From the NCBI RefSeq assembly GCF_035084215.1, contig NC_090332.1, forward strand, positions 13,516,001 to 13,580,000: DNA of 64,000 bases. The letters are read 5' to 3'. This DNA is from Heptranchias perlo (lineage: Eukaryota). A program made the position numbers and the translations under genes. Of this stretch, positions 1 through 12,719 are shown one piece after another (within the stretch, counting starts at the first letter, position 1; every line of letters starts with the position of its first letter). A model generated the notes under the pieces. It saw only the letters and a program-made list of their open reading frames with translations. It did no database searches and was not told the DNA's origin.

Positions 1-221
1 AATTCATATCATGGTACTTCAAGGTTTTTGTAACACGAATGTACAGAAAATCAATTAAAATTCTGACTGAAAAGATTTCCAATAAATTTTACTTTTCAAA
101 AGGGCAGATTCAATACATCAAAGTCACAGTTTTTGCATGAACACCATTAAATCTGTGCAGAAAAGATTAAACGATGAAAAATGTACAAGATTATGTTTCA
201 ATACAAGGTTTGCAAATCTAC

Positions 222-351
222 CTGATACACGGTCCAAAACTTCTGCTAATGTGGTTGAAATTGGCAAATGAAGGGTGCGATATTTATGTCCAGCTCCATA
301 CATGGGATGTTGGATCACATGGCTAGTAGCATTAATTCTGCCTTTATACAG
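222..351 (-). CDS. BIRC6: BIRC6 coding exon 42 (window numbering)
   Basis: tag|CTG...TCAG|gtagat; LYKGRINATSHVIQHPMYGAGHKYRTLHLPISTTLAEVLDRVS; 130 nt, phase 0->1. Confidence 0.93.
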
Positions 352-463
352 CTAAAAGGAAAAAATTGTAGTAGAAGGATAAACAACAATGATTTAATTA
401 CCACATTTTAATTGAAGAACTAAGGACACAAGTAGCTCATCACAAAATATCGCACTAAGAGGA

Positions 464-870
464 TACGTAGAAATACATAAAAGTGACAACACGGACATTG
501 GCCATTCGGCCCAACTTGTCCATGTCGGTAATTATCCTCTATGCAAGCAAATAGTTCTAAACATATTTACCCACCCTGTTCCCATTTCTCAACCTCTTTC
601 TTTATCCATCTATCCAATCTAATCTTGAATGTTGACAGTTTCCTCAACCACTAACCCTGGAAGTGAATTCCACATCCTCACAACTATGTGAAGAAGTTTC
701 TCCTGCTCTCTGTTCTAAATCTCTTACATTTAATCTTGTGCCTATGGCCTCTCATTCTCGATCCCCTAACTACCAGAAACAGTCCACTGATATCTACGCA
801 GTACTATCCTTTCATTATTTTAAACACTTATCGTCCTGTAATCTGCATTGTTCTATCAAAAAAGACCCAA
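464..870 (-). mobile_element. CR1 LINE 3' remnant
   Basis: Antisense CR1 3' motifs (ggccattcggcccaac; gtgaagaagtttctcctgctctctgttctaaat, the reverse of the ORF2 RRNFFT region); decayed. Confidence 0.7.
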
Positions 871-1399
871 TTTTGTATGTTTTCATGTAAGTTACAAGGC
901 TGTAAAATGAAGGGCTCTTATAGTTTGTAACTTAGAGCCTCAGGAATAATTACAATTACTTTTTTCTTGTTAACCTCTTGTTTTCAGGTGCACCTGTGCA
1001 TTTCCAACATGTGTGTTTTTTATTGAAGAGTACAGTGTGCTGACTGAACTCTGTCACTGACCCAGAGGTCCGGAATCAAGGTCAGAATATTATGGCTAAC
1101 ATGAAGCTGAAGGTGAAATGTAACCATTTGTTAGAAAATCACATGCTCAAAAGGAAAAGAACTGTAGAAAGCATCAATTCCTGTTTCATGAATTCCAAAC
1201 TTTTCCATTACATGTCAATTTTTACTCCCATCAATAAACAGGAACGTGACACTTTTATCCTCATTTCTGTTGCACCTTTAAACAAAGGACAATGAAACAT
1301 TGGAGTTTTAGTAATAAAAAGAAAAAAAGGTTCGACACTCTTTTAAAGGCCTAAAGCTTAAAAACAACCAAATGAGTTTAGTCATTTCCAAGATGTCAT

Positions 1400-1553
1400 C
1401 AATCATAATATTTAAATAGGAATTAAACATAAAGGTATTAAAAAGGGCACAGGGAAAGAATTAGGGAGGGAAAAAGGACAATAATCCAGTAGAGGGCGCT
1501 GACACTGACACAATGGCAAATGGCCTCCTTTCTGTGCTGAAATTTATGATTCT
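1400..1553 (+). mobile_element. CR1 LINE 3' tail remnant
   Basis: atggcctcctttctgtgctg...tatgattct, a typical CR1 3' terminus. Confidence 0.55.
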
Positions 1554-2993
1554 TACAAAAGATTGTATTTGCCTACATTTAGCATTTATAATTTGAAGGT
1601 TTTTTGCACAAAGAAATTTTGAATTATACAAGTTGAATTAAGCAAAAGAAATCAAGTAGGAATTTAATGTTAAAAATTGAATAATTAGATCATCTGAATC
1701 AAGCAACTTTGAAATTAAGGTTAGCAGCTGATACCAGAACTTCATAGCATTTCTCAGCAAATCAATTTAACAATGTGACTGTGTGCAAGTAAAGCAAAAA
1801 GGTATATCAATCGTATGACACCTGTATCTTGTATTCAATTTGCTTGTAACATTGAACGCAAAGTCTAAGGAAGCCATCTAGTGGATACAGCACTACACTG
1901 TAAACCAGGAAACAGATTCAGTTTCAAGATTCAGTTTCATTCACCTATAATGACTGCTGGTTTAAGGAAACTGAAGACAACAAATTCAACTTTTATTACA
2001 CAAGATTCTTGAGATTTTTTACTAATGTTTTAGGAATCGTGTTATGCAATTACATTAATTTTTTCATGAAAACAGTAAGCCACTGGCCTCACCTATAATA
2101 TGCAAGAGAACTGATTTTCCTATAATTAAGAGCACTGGTTTACAACAAGTAAATAAATTAAATTCTGTTTTTATTTCATGGGATTCCATGTTTTTTTTTT
2201 AAATGAACTGTGTGAAAGAAAAAACATTTATGTGCTCAGTGCAAGTTAGCCATCATTTTTAATTGTGCAAATAAAGCATACAATTTCAAAAGAAACCATG
2301 GAGACAATACAGCAGCTGAACAATGAATACCAAAATTAAATTGAGCTAGTCTCACAGGAGCCTACAGACTCTTTTGAAACTGCACTTGTGAAAATTAGAA
2401 TGCAAATATTAAGCACGAGAGGCTGAATCAATTCAAAGTAGAATAATAATTTCCAAACAAATTCTTTCCGCTTGAATACATTGACAACCCCCGCCCCCTC
2501 ATGAAAACAGTGGATACATAGCACCAGTGTTTTAAAAAAAGTTTTATTCACAACTTTTAAATTAGGTGACAAAAGAACACAAACTTTGTGCATGTTGCAC
2601 AGTCAGGTTCATGAGCCATAAAGACCTGTTTTAAACTGTGACTTATGCATTATACTCAAGTGAGGGCAGCCAGATTCAATAGATTAAGATGTTTGCACTG
2701 CACTGAACATCTTTCTTGAGCTACTAGCTTGAACAACATTAGGCAGTACTCACCAGTATCAATTTCATGAACTGGAGTACACAGCTGGAGTTGCTAGTTA
2801 CTGCCACATCAGTGTGCCCCTCCCACCCTTTCTCCACTTGCACTATATTCTAAACATTCCTACCATTTCATTCAGTGTAAAGTGTATACCTGGATACATG
2901 TTTGCCCAAAGAAATCATGCACTACTTTTACACCCTTGTTTCAAGGCTGCACTCAAAATCTTAACTATGTTGACAATGTCAACCAGTACTTAC

Positions 2994-3137
2994 AGGGCAA
3001 GGAGAATGAAGAAACACAGTCACTTTCTCATCTTCAAGCATTAGCTGCAAGAAAAGCCTTCTGATAAATCCAGAAATATTTCCAGACGTTGGGACATTTG
3101 CTCGCTGAGGTGTTGACTGGAATAATTCACACAGAAC
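2994..3137 (-). CDS. BIRC6: BIRC6 coding exon 41
   Basis: cag|GTT...CCT|gtaagt; VLCELFQSTPQRANVPTSGNISGFIRRLFLQLMLEDEKVTVFLHSPCP; 144 nt; missed by the ORF track. Confidence 0.93.
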
Positions 3138-3439
3138 CTGAAAATATTGACATTTTTAAATAGATAAAGTTATATGTCTATTGCTATTTATTGCTTAAAA
3201 GATAATGTGCCAATATTTCACACAAAATTCAAACCTAACTCAGCAAAATACTAAAACCCTGTTGTTTCAAACTATGTTTTGATTATTTTGGACGCTTGCA
3301 CAACTTATCAAATCAAACAGTTGTCAGAATTTGAAAGATTTTCATGTAATGCATGATAAAACTTTTCTGAACTGTTCAGGATGGTGTATACCAGTTCAGA
3401 AAACTAAATGATTAAAGACAGCTGAAATTACCTCTGCAG

Positions 3440-3790
3440 TTCCTTGAGTGGCTCAGTGAGTTTACCTAGAGAGTAGCTGAGTCATACAGATCAGAAAGGT
3501 CCCAGTTTCAATCCTTAGTCTGTGCTGAGGGAGTTGATCTTATTGGGAAGGAGTGGGAGTCCTACAAATGGCCTCAGTAGCCCTGGACTATGGAGCAGCA
3601 AAATAAGCCCGGATTCCATGACTCATTGCTATTCAGTGACATTTGCTAAAAGTGCATGTGTTTGAATGTCAGGCGAGGACAATGGGCTCTGCTTCAGCAC
3701 TCATGCTTGAGGCTGCAAAATTAATAGCGGTCACTAGGTGAGGTACTGAAGGGTTGCTGGCACATGTGGAACCTGCAAGGAGTCGGGGGG
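3440..3790 (+). mobile_element. tRNA-derived SINE (unclassified family 'B')
   Basis: A-box-like tggctcagtgag and B-box-like ggtcccagtttcaatcc; body shared with copies at ~47.0k, 49.0k, 58.0k and others. Confidence 0.6.
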
Positions 3791-4388
3791 GGAATAACTG
3801 ATGGGGAAAAAAAAATCATCTCTGCTAAGTTTCCCCAGTAGCTTAATAAATAAACACACCATATAGTTGGGTATTTCACTTAGACAGGTAGGTCTGAAGC
3901 TTTTTGTTGCCCTGTAATTTTTCCCATGCTCCCCTGAAGGTGCTATCCAGCAACCCCTGCTGGAAAATACGTGTGTGGGCACAGAGTAAATTTAGGATGG
4001 GGCTTAGGTATGGAATAAGCCACAAACATGCATTAAGATGGCCTTATGGATAAGGTTGCAGAGATGTCTGAACTAGTCACTAGCACGAGTCAACAGTTCC
4101 AGGACAGAAGGGGAAAAACCTGCCTTTCCTCTTTTCCCTGTTCCTCCCGGGGAAATAACTGAACACACACAGCTTAACAAGTATAATTCTGACTGATTTT
4201 ATAAATAATTTTTCATTAAACAGGGTAAAAACAAATATAATTAGTTGCAAATACACCAAAAATGTTATTTTCCAACCCCATTTCAGTCATGTCCAGTCCA
4301 TATGGTTCAGCTACCTACTGGACAAAGTCACTCAGCCATCAAGTGAACGAGGTTTGATGAACGGCTCAAAATGCAATATTGACATTAC

Positions 4389-5181
4389 CTGAGCCATCAA
4401 TTTTTGATTGTTTGGATGGCAAGAAATGCACTGCAAGAAGAATGCAACTGTTGAATTTTCAATTGCTGTTCTTTGTTGAGTCGTTAGTCCTACTCCTGCA
4501 GGCGAGGAGGCAGAAGGAAGGTACCTTGATCCAACATATTGGGACCCAGTGTGTTGGTGGTGTCCAGAGCTGCTGCTGCTGGAATGGCACAGCAAGAACA
4601 AGAGAGCAGTCCACAAGGGGTTTACTTCAGGTCCACCTAACCAGTCCTTCATGGTGTGGCTGTTGCCTACTTCAGTTAGAAACCGGAGAACAGGAGCCAC
4701 CAGATCTGCTGTGAGGGGAACCTTACTGGTCGCACGCTGCTGCGAATGATGCCTCTTGTTTCGGTCTGTGGCAAGCTCTGCAGAAGGCACTGCACAGTCC
4801 AAACTGGAAATATGATTGAAACAGAAACTGATTAAGCTCTTCACAAGCATTGAAGGTAAACTTGACTCTAGGAGCTGTTTAATAGCTTCTGGAGATTGGG
4901 TTGCTGCTGCGAGAGTAACAAGATGAGATTCATTTAGTGCAATCGGGGCCTGTGCATTTTTGGAGTCATCCGTTAAACCAGAATTCAAGTCCTCTTTCTT
5001 GCTGTCATCTGTCATTGAAAGTCTATGTTGCATTTGTATAGGAGGCAGAGTGATGCCCATCCAACCCATCAGCAAAGAAAAGTAGCTCGGATGAATGTGA
5101 CACATGGAACATAGCAAACTGTCGACAGCTTTCTTCAGAACCATGTTGCAAGGAAGTGACATGGACCAGTTATACAGCAAT
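4389..5181 (-). CDS. BIRC6: BIRC6 coding exon 40
   Basis: tag|A TTG...CAG|gtaatg; LLYNWSMSLPCNMVLKKAVDSLLCSMCH...CISCHPNNQKLMAQ; 793 nt, phase 2->0. Confidence 0.95.
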
Positions 5182-5803
5182 CTACAAAGACAAAATTTAC
5201 AATTACCTCACAGCACAAGGGTGAAGTCATTCTGGTGAAATAAATGTGGCTGCAGCGCAGAAACTTAAAGATTCAGATTTGCAAGCGCAACTACTGTATT
5301 TAAAAGGCACATTAGCCCACGTAATCATTGTGACAACAATATACTGAAAATGCAGAAGCACAAATAGCAGGATAATGCTCAAGAGGCTGGTTATTCTCAA
5401 TACAAAGTACTCCTGTATAGTACAACTCTGTGTAAAAACTTCCAAGGGGAGATATCCTAATTTGGGAGTATTCATTTTCCATCCCACCCTCCCCAACCAA
5501 TGCAAATCCATAATTTCAGGTCTTCCCTCAACAGTGAGGAGCTCCAATGATGCACGTTACAAGTCTGTTAGGGAGCAGGTAAATAAGGAAACCTAGAAAT
5601 CAGCATTTAGGACTGGTGTTGATGCCAGTCTACAGCAAGGCACTTACACGAGACCTCTCCCCATAAACCCTCATCACTGTTTCAATAGTGAAAGTCTCCA
5701 ACATAAATTTGGGATCTGTAGTAGGATATTGGTTGGACCTACAATTCCCCACCGACAAGGACTTCCTGATATTGGCCTTGCTGTTGGGACAGCTGTGGAA
5801 CTG

Positions 5804-5921
5804 TCAGTTTACGCCGGGCAGCCCAGGTTAGAATCTACCCCGCTTAGTTTTCCAGCATTTTATTTTTGAAACACACCCTTTAGTAATTTCATATATGCAT
5901 TGACTTTATCTTAAATAATCT
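5804..5921 (+). repeat. 118-bp direct repeat, copy 1
   Basis: 117/118 identical to 7292-7409. Confidence 0.92.
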
Positions 5922-6305
5922 GGTTACAGGGAGGCCTCAAATCAATTTGCCTACTCACAACCTTAGCCAGAAAATGGTAGAGAGGAAGCAAAACAGTGAC
6001 ACTTTGCTCTCTTTTCCACCTGCAGACTACAAGGTTAAGTTGATGATGCCCAATACTCTTCTTTAAACCTTGAAGTTACATCCACTGTATCCATCACCAG
6101 GTCCTCTGGTGGCAGACCTGCAGGATTTTCAAGCTGTACCATTCTAGAATTTCCTATTTTAATTATTTTTCAAATAACCTAAATTTATATAGGATAAAAC
6201 TCATGTAAACAGGAATCACTAAAGGACCGAAAACAACAATGAAAAGGTAATCAAAATTTGTTTCTAAATTAAAACCACGAAATGCTTCTTGAACATTCTA
6301 CTTAC

Positions 6306-6527
6306 TCAAACAGTTCTCTGTTTAGTAAACCTGGAAGATCATACTCTACAGGTAACTCATAGCTATGCCACAGGACAGCAGCTACACAGTGCAAATGAGA
6401 AGGCGATGGCATAAGGAGGCCATACTCGCGAGTTATGTTCTCCGTATTTACAGTGGCAATGTGGCCACTTCTCTTTAGTGCAGCCACTCCTGCAGAGTCA
6501 TAAACCCACTTCAGCAAAGCCTGAATT
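6306..6527 (-). CDS. BIRC6: BIRC6 coding exon 39
   Basis: cag|A ATT...GA|gtaagt; IQALLKWVYDSAGVAALKRSG...YDLPGLLNRELFE; 222 nt, phase 2->2. Confidence 0.94.
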
Positions 6528-6674
6528 CTGAAATACACAAGTGTGTGTTAGCTTAGTGAACTTTGAAATAAAAAGTCAAAGTATGTTCCTTACTTAAAAG
6601 CTGGAAACTAAAATACACAACATTATTCCCACCATTAAAATGTTACCCAATATTAAATCATTAACACTCCCCTT

Positions 6675-6900
6675 TTTGCTCAGTTGGTAGAAGCAGTATT
6701 AACTGATGGATTCAGATCCAGTTACCACCTGATGTCAGCCAGGACAACTGGGAAACTATTATTGCTATCAAATCACCTGGGCTAGGAAGGGGATGAAAAC
6801 AACAGGCAGGCTGCCCAATCACTCCAATCTATTGACCCTTGTGCAGAGATGTTGGGAAAGCACAGAATCGACCTTGGTGGCTCTCCTGGATGATTTAGCT
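6675..6900 (+). mobile_element. Degenerate tRNA-derived SINE (family 'B')
   Basis: gctcagttggtag A-box; ctgggctaggaagggg segment shared with other copies. Confidence 0.4.
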
Positions 6901-6969
6901 AATCTAAGCCAAGAGCGCAATTATATCAAGGACTGAACGAGAGTTCAATGTACAGACATCAACTACTTC

Positions 6970-7329
6970 GTTGGTGGGAGAGGGTGGAGCCCGCGGTGTC
7001 AATGGCCCATATTATTTTTGTGGAGCCCAGAGGAGCACGCCTGCACCTCCTGGCCGCAGATGTTAAGCTTACCTCTTGGTGCCTTTTCTGCTATAGTGCC
7101 CGATGAAATTGGGCACGGCTCCGACCCACTGTCCATCAAAATTACAATCAGGATCTTGTGTATATCATAGGGCACCAATTTGCATCATAAAAAGGCACTC
7201 CAGTCACCCTGCGGAAGACCCCTTTGAGGATGGCGGCGGCTGCCGCGCAGGCATAAACGGGATGGCAAGACATTTTCAGGCAGCTACCGCCTCAGTTTAC
7301 GCCGGGCAGCCCAGGTAAGAATCTACCCC
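6970..7329. mobile_element. GC-rich non-autonomous DNA-transposon/MITE-like element
   Basis: Ends in gaatctacccc; internal ggagcacg..cctcctggcc..gcttacct motif resembles the 9279-9639 and ~31.7k elements. Confidence 0.4.
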
Positions 7330-7409
7330 GCTTAGTTTTCCAGCATTTTATTTTTGAAACACACCCTTTAGTAATTTCATATATGCATTGACTTTATCTT
7401 AAATAATCT
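7292..7409 (+). repeat. 118-bp direct repeat, copy 2
   Basis: 117/118 identical to 5804-5921. Confidence 0.92.
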
Positions 7410-7772
7410 TAACCTCCCTGCAGACTCAATAGTGAACACTGAGCCTGATAGGACGTTGCTCTGTGAAAATCATGCAGGTAGTAAAAATACATCATCTATA
7501 ATATAAACTGTCTGCATACAGCGGATAGGTCACTGCAAATGTTATTTTACAATCAGGCACTACAAAATCTCACCTGGAAAAGTTGCTGTGGAGTGTTTAC
7601 ATAGAAGTGAAGTGGCAATAAAAAGACACATCCACTGCATGGCTATTTTTGGTAAGATAAATTATCCTTAACATATTTTGCCAGTTAAAAAAAGGCATCA
7701 CAAATTTCCCAAAGAATAATTTATCGATATAAAATCAAAGCAGATCTTACCCATACAACACTGATGCATTAC

Positions 7773-7881
7773 CTGTCTTTAGTACCAGGATCCTGAGTTG
7801 TTCCGAGTTGATACAGGATATCGATTGTTGAATCTGAGGAAAGTCCATTCAGTCGTCCAAAAAGCAAAGGGCTGTTTAAAT
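7773..7881 (-). CDS. BIRC6: BIRC6 coding exon 38
   Basis: tag|AT TTA...AG|gtaatg; DLNSPLLFGRLNGLSSDSTIDILYQLGTTQDPGTKD; 109 nt. Confidence 0.93.
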
Positions 7882-8355
7882 CTAGACAAATAAAAAGTTG
7901 TCAACACGATCAGTTACCTTCGGGGAGGGGGTGTGAGGAAGAGAGGGAAAAAAAACAAAACGTCTGTCTCTCAAATGCAGGAGAGTATTATCTGACTAAA
8001 TACCCTTTTTGCATTCAGAAAACATTCTAAATTTCTCAAGAAACTAGGTTCAGAAGAAAAGGCCATTCTACCCATCAAGCCCTTTCGTGCACCATTATTA
8101 ACAGATACCAAACCCAACCCCACATTGTTTCTCACTGCTGTTAAATTAATGGGGCAGACAATCGCAAGCTCTTTTGAAAATTACAATTCTGGCATGGTGA
8201 AAAAAATCATTTTTGCCTTTCTCCTCATCCCTTCATCTGTGAGCTTTGGTGGTCAACTTCACTCATTCCACATATTACAACTAGATGATTGAAGGACCTG
8301 AAATAACTCTGCTTCCCAATACTTTTCACATAGCACAGATTGAAATATTTCTTAC

Positions 8356-8612
8356 CTGATGGGTCAGTGCCTGAAGCAGCACAATTCCTCAAAAGAATAT
8401 CAATCAGCTTTAGACCTATCCTGGTCGACTGCAGCCCAATCTTTACCAGCACAGCCTCAATATTTGGTGAATGCATGCCGCAATACGGTGACATCAGCAG
8501 TGCTGCGCAGGTCTGCAGTAGGTTAGCAGTAGGAGCTGCTGCACTGGCCATCATCGCCTCAAGTTCACTTATATGGGTCAAGCAATGGTGAAGCAGTCGC
8601 ATCCAACCAATA
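8356..8612 (-). CDS. BIRC6: BIRC6 coding exon 37
   Basis: cag|T ATT...G|gtaaga; IGWMRLLHHCLTHISELEAMMASAAAPTANLLQTCAALLMSPYCGMHSPN...GTDPS; 257 nt. Confidence 0.95.
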
Positions 8613-8724
8613 CTGAAAATAGAAATAAATTCTATTGTAATATTTTCCAAGCAATATCTGGACAGAATGAAGGTTCTTTCCTGCCCGCTTATCAATTTTC
8701 TGTGCTCCACTCCAACAGCCCTTT

Positions 8725-9055
8725 CCTCTTTGCATGGGTCAAGTACCCTTCGAAGTGTCAATAATCCAAAAGTATGAGGGTAGATATTGAGTGAAAGCTG
8801 GCCACTTGACTGTTAATGAGCATCACAGTTGAGGCTGATGCTGTCCTCACCTGATGACCACAAGCATGCACAAGTTTACACAGACCACACACCCACTGGT
8901 AGAAACTCTATCCAATTTTTCCCTCCAGAAGCTAATTTTAGCACCTTCACCGCTAACTGAGTTCAACTACCTAAGCATAGATCAAAGATAAAACCTGGAG
9001 CTTTTCTAGTTTGCATGTCTCAGCTACTGACTTCCTTAACCAGCTGCAGGGGAGC
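8725..9055 (-). mobile_element. tRNA-derived SINE (family 'B'), antisense
   Basis: Reverse complement of the family B body (ctgtcctcacctgatgaccaca, agcatagatc..aacctgg). Confidence 0.5.
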
Positions 9056-9278
9056 CACCATCGAACAATGAATTCTAACATAACTCAGAAAATCAAGCTA
9101 TTTTTGGTACAGAATTAGATAAGACATTTTGATACAACTATAATGGAAGGATTATATTCTAAACATGCAAAATTGTATCTGTTACATCCTAAAACAGATA
9201 ATGGCAGATTTCACCCAAATCTGATCTCCAGAATAACGTTGCAGATTTCTGAGCAGCTGGGATGAGACACTGAAACAT

Positions 9279-9639
9279 GGGGGTAAAACCCAACCCCAAC
9301 CTGCCCACTTCTGGTTTCAACGGAGGCGGATAGTGGGGCGAGCGACCGACCCGCTCTCAGGAGGCAGGTCAGTCAGTAAAATCTTTCAAGGAGGCCGCGG
9401 GCCTCCATTTTAATAGGTTTTTTTTATTTTTAACTCTTGCAGGTCGAGCTTCCTGAGCCTTCTGAAGGCACTGCTTGTGGGCCAGGGGAAGCAGAAGTGT
9501 TTCCTCCAGGCCCAACAGGCTTACCTGCCCTGATCCCACAACACGATCAGCTGACCCCCCCCCCCCGCAACACTTCCACGATCTCGCACCCCCACCAGGA
9601 AATCCCCCCACTTCCCAGCTCCCTGTTAAAATTTACCCC
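9279..9639. mobile_element. MITE-like element with short terminal inverted repeats
   Basis: Starts ggggtaaaa and ends aaatttacccc; GC-rich interior; no transposase. Confidence 0.55.
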
Positions 9640-9859
9640 ATGTCTCAGACACCTGGCTAACCAAAATAGTAGATAATCCACCAAAAGCAACATATTTCTA
9701 AACAGCATCAGCTGTGATCGACTAATGAAAGTACAATGTCAAAACATGAGTGTCGCGCGTAACATTTTTCATAACTTAAAAAAAATTAAGAAACTTAGCT
9801 AAATTTGCCTCAACCACAAGGCATCACCTTGACAACACTGCTCGAACGTAAACTTGGCT

Positions 9860-10340
9860 AAAGGGTGGCGACAACTAGTCCCTTACTGAAGCCTCCCCGT
9901 CTGGCTATATTTTCTGCCACTGACCCAGCCCAAACAACCGCTGTGGCAGTGTGGCCCTTATCACCAAGTCACACACTGGTCTCTGCTCCTACTCTGCCTT
10001 CAAGCACCTCAGCTTGTTCCACCCATCAAGCCTCTCCTTTGAAATCCTATTCTCTTTCACCACCCCCTCCCCCAACAAAGGTTTCTCACTGAGATATCCT
10101 TCTGCCTTTGCTCCCTCAGCCCATGAATTGAGCAACTCCTCACCCGTGGTGATTTCAGTCACCATTTCAACTTACCTTGCCCGCCCTCCTATAACCTTTC
10201 CCTCCATATAAACTCGCCTATCCATTTTTACAGCCAACCCCTCGACCTTGCCATCTCATGTGGCCTCTCTACTCCCATTGTCTGGATCACAGACAAGGCC
10301 ACCTCTGACCACTTCCTTGTATCCCTCGCCATTCAAAGCC
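9860..10340 (+). mobile_element. L2 LINE endonuclease-region remnant
   Basis: C-rich; translates to (GS)VALITKSHTGL..FKHLSLFHPSSLSFEIL, resembling the L2 APE domain GGGVAL..SFE segment; frameshifted. Confidence 0.5.
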
Positions 10341-10500
10341 CCTTATCCCCTTCCGATCCCACTTCTTTCTGCACCCAGCCCTGAAAAAAACACTCCGCAA
10401 AGCCACTTTGAACATAAAATAACTCCCTCTACACATTTTTTTGAGCTTTAAGTTTAATAAACAGGTATTTACTATGAGCATCATGGCTCCAGCATCTTAC

Positions 10501-10780
10501 CTGGTTTTGGAAACCTGATCCTCAGAGGGCAGGAAAGGGTTATTCACAGTTGCAGATGAAGTGCTGCCAAAGGCCGTAAGGCCCAGCAGTTTGATCTGCG
10601 ATAGGCCCAGTGTGCTGGCATCCCGTGGGCGGTGTAGCCGAAGGCAGACAGCTGATGCTACCTCAGCTTTGACCAGCTGTATTTTAATGTAAGTTAGTCC
10701 ACTGGTAATAACTGGGGTAGAAAGGGGCAACATGTTCACTCCATCTGCACTGATCTCAACTGACACTGAAGAAGGACACG
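10501..10780 (-). CDS. BIRC6: BIRC6 coding exon 36
   Basis: cag|CG TGT...AG|gtaaga; CPSSVSVEISADGVNMLPLSTPVITSGLTYIKIQLVKAEVASAVCLRLHRPRDAS...SKT; 280 nt. Confidence 0.95.
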
Positions 10781-11452
10781 CTGCAAGAGAGAAAGTGGGA
10801 TGAATACAACTTTTAAACAGTTGGCCAGTCACATAATCTAAAAGGTTATTTTGTTTTCTGTACGTGAATTCAGTTAATGTACGTCAAACATGCTTTCAGT
10901 TAAGTGATGATTTGCATCATAATGCCCTGCATCTCCAAGTATGCTCTAATAAGCAATAATTAATGCGTCAGAGCTTTGTTGCAATTCCTAGTCCAATAAT
11001 ACGATCACATTTGAAGTTGTATCACCACTTCTTTCAATGTGAGAAAACAACTCATTTTTGCTACCAATCTATGGCCATTTAGCAGAGGGCAAATCAGGCT
11101 ATTAATTTCCACAATAACATTTTGTTACAACTTTCAGGTCTCTACTAGATGTTCTATGGTTCAGCATCACCGCTCACTCCTGTAAGCAAACTTTGCCTTC
11201 CCTATGAACTGGAGAGCATCTTTACTGACCAATATCTACTTAAATGACATGGTTCCCAGGTCAACCTAACAATAAGATCCGTTTTGTGCACTGGATACTA
11301 TGATGTCACACATGCCCCCATGTGCTGCTCCTGCAAGAAAAACAGTGCTACACCATCTAACCTCATTCTCTGAACGGAACATCTTGGACAGAAACTAGTA
11401 AAAGAAATTTTTACATTAATCACCACGAAACCTCAATGCTGAATGTACTTAC

Positions 11453-11653
11453 TAGCAAGAGATGCAAGGTGAGGCTGAATATGTATCTCTTTGAGCAGCA
11501 CTGCAGCTGGCAGATGGATAGTGAGGTCACACCATGCTTCTTCTGGTAAGAAGATGTATGACCACGCTGCGGATCTAGCCCTGCGATGGGGCGGTGTAGC
11601 CTGAAGCAGTACTTCAGCTGGTTGAGCTGTTGGGCTACTGGAAGTTATTGTAC
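11453..11653 (-). CDS. BIRC6: BIRC6 coding exon 35
   Basis: cag|GT ACA...A|gtaagt; TITSSSPTAQPAEVLLQATPPHRRARSAAWSYIFLPEEAWCDL...ASLA; 201 nt. Confidence 0.95.
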
Positions 11654-11895
11654 CTGCAAAGAACAAAAATTAAATCGTAAAAATGCAGATTTTACATAGG
11701 TGACTGAAAAGTTTCTACACATATTTCGATGACAAATCGCTGCAGGCCATTAAAAACATCACTGTTTCAAAGACTGGCGAAAATATTGGATACCTGTATG
11801 GTTACAGTCCTGCAATTTGTTAGTGCAAAGTTACACAAATAAAAAATTATACAATGGATTGAATTACATTGGAACACAAGCAAGGCATTACATAC

Positions 11896-12090
11896 CCAAT
11901 GGAGCAAAGTTATGGAGTCCCTCTGCATTGTCTGGCTCGGAAGCTAATACTCTAGCTTTCATGTTTCCATCAATTGTCTTACCAGGCCCACAATCAAGAA
12001 ACTTCATTATGGTGGATACCATACTCCGTGCTGTATTAACAATTGCTCGTGTGCTTGTTACCATGTTATTGCAGATAAGCTGGACACCCC
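11896..12090 (-). CDS. BIRC6: BIRC6 coding exon 34
   Basis: tag|GG GGT...G|gtatgt; GVQLICNNMVTSTRAIVNTARSMVSTIMKFLD...EPDNAEGLHNFAPL; 195 nt. Confidence 0.94.
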
Positions 12091-12239
12091 CTACAAAAAA
12101 GGTGAAAAATTGCTGGTTAGGTGTAAATGTCCAAAGACATTATGGACAGGGCTCAATTCATAGAGTCTGAAAAATCCGAAGCAATGTCAAAAAATGGATC
12201 TCTTAATATGATTTTGTCATGCTGAGGAACAAACAGTCA

Positions 12240-12482
12240 GCACAAAAGATTGGGCAGGATGGGAGGGAAATCCGTGGTCTTTGAAGAATGCCACGGAATA
12301 TTCAATGTCCACCTGAACAAGTAGCTGAACTTTCGGCTCATGTCCCAGCTGAAGGAATCCAACAATCAGCCACTCACTCAGTGCCGGACCAGATGTCAGC
12401 CTAGATTAAGAGCTCTTTAGAGCTTGAGACTACAAACTTCTGGCCCAGAAGCAAAAGCCTAGCAACTGAGCCAAGCTGACAC
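12240..12482 (-). mobile_element. Deu-domain SINE (SacSINE1/AmnSINE1-like), old antisense copy
   Basis: Reverse complement of the Deu core (gtcagcctagatt, aatgtccacctgaac, gaatgccacgg). Confidence 0.55.
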
Positions 12483-12622
12483 AAATATGGTTTTAGCAAT
12501 CTGGAAGAATATTCAATGTCAAATACAGGGGGTCAAAAGGGAAACGAGCCTTGAACCATGTGTGCGACTCCTGAAATCTATCATTTTCTATCACAAATAT
12601 TCCGCTGGTAGAATTCACCTAC

Positions 12623-12719
12623 CCATGTCATGGAAAGCTTTTAGTGCTTCAGTGGAGTCCAAGACTCTCAAAATAAACCATAATAATGGTTCGGACAACT
12701 GGCACGTTGAAAGCGAACC
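12623..12719 (-). CDS. BIRC6: BIRC6 coding exon 33
   Basis: tag|GGT...G|gtaggt; GSLSTCQLSEPLLWFILRVLDSTEALKAFHDM; 97 nt. Confidence 0.93.

Noticed and set aside
3440-3530. tRNA gene at A/B-box-like motifs (also ~18900, ~20045, ~49040)
   Set aside because: No cloverleaf; the boxes are SINE heads followed by repeat bodies.
7750-7772. Strong-looking second donor (GG|gtaaga) 22 nt past exon 38
   Set aside because: It would frameshift, and the proximal donor already gives the conserved protein.
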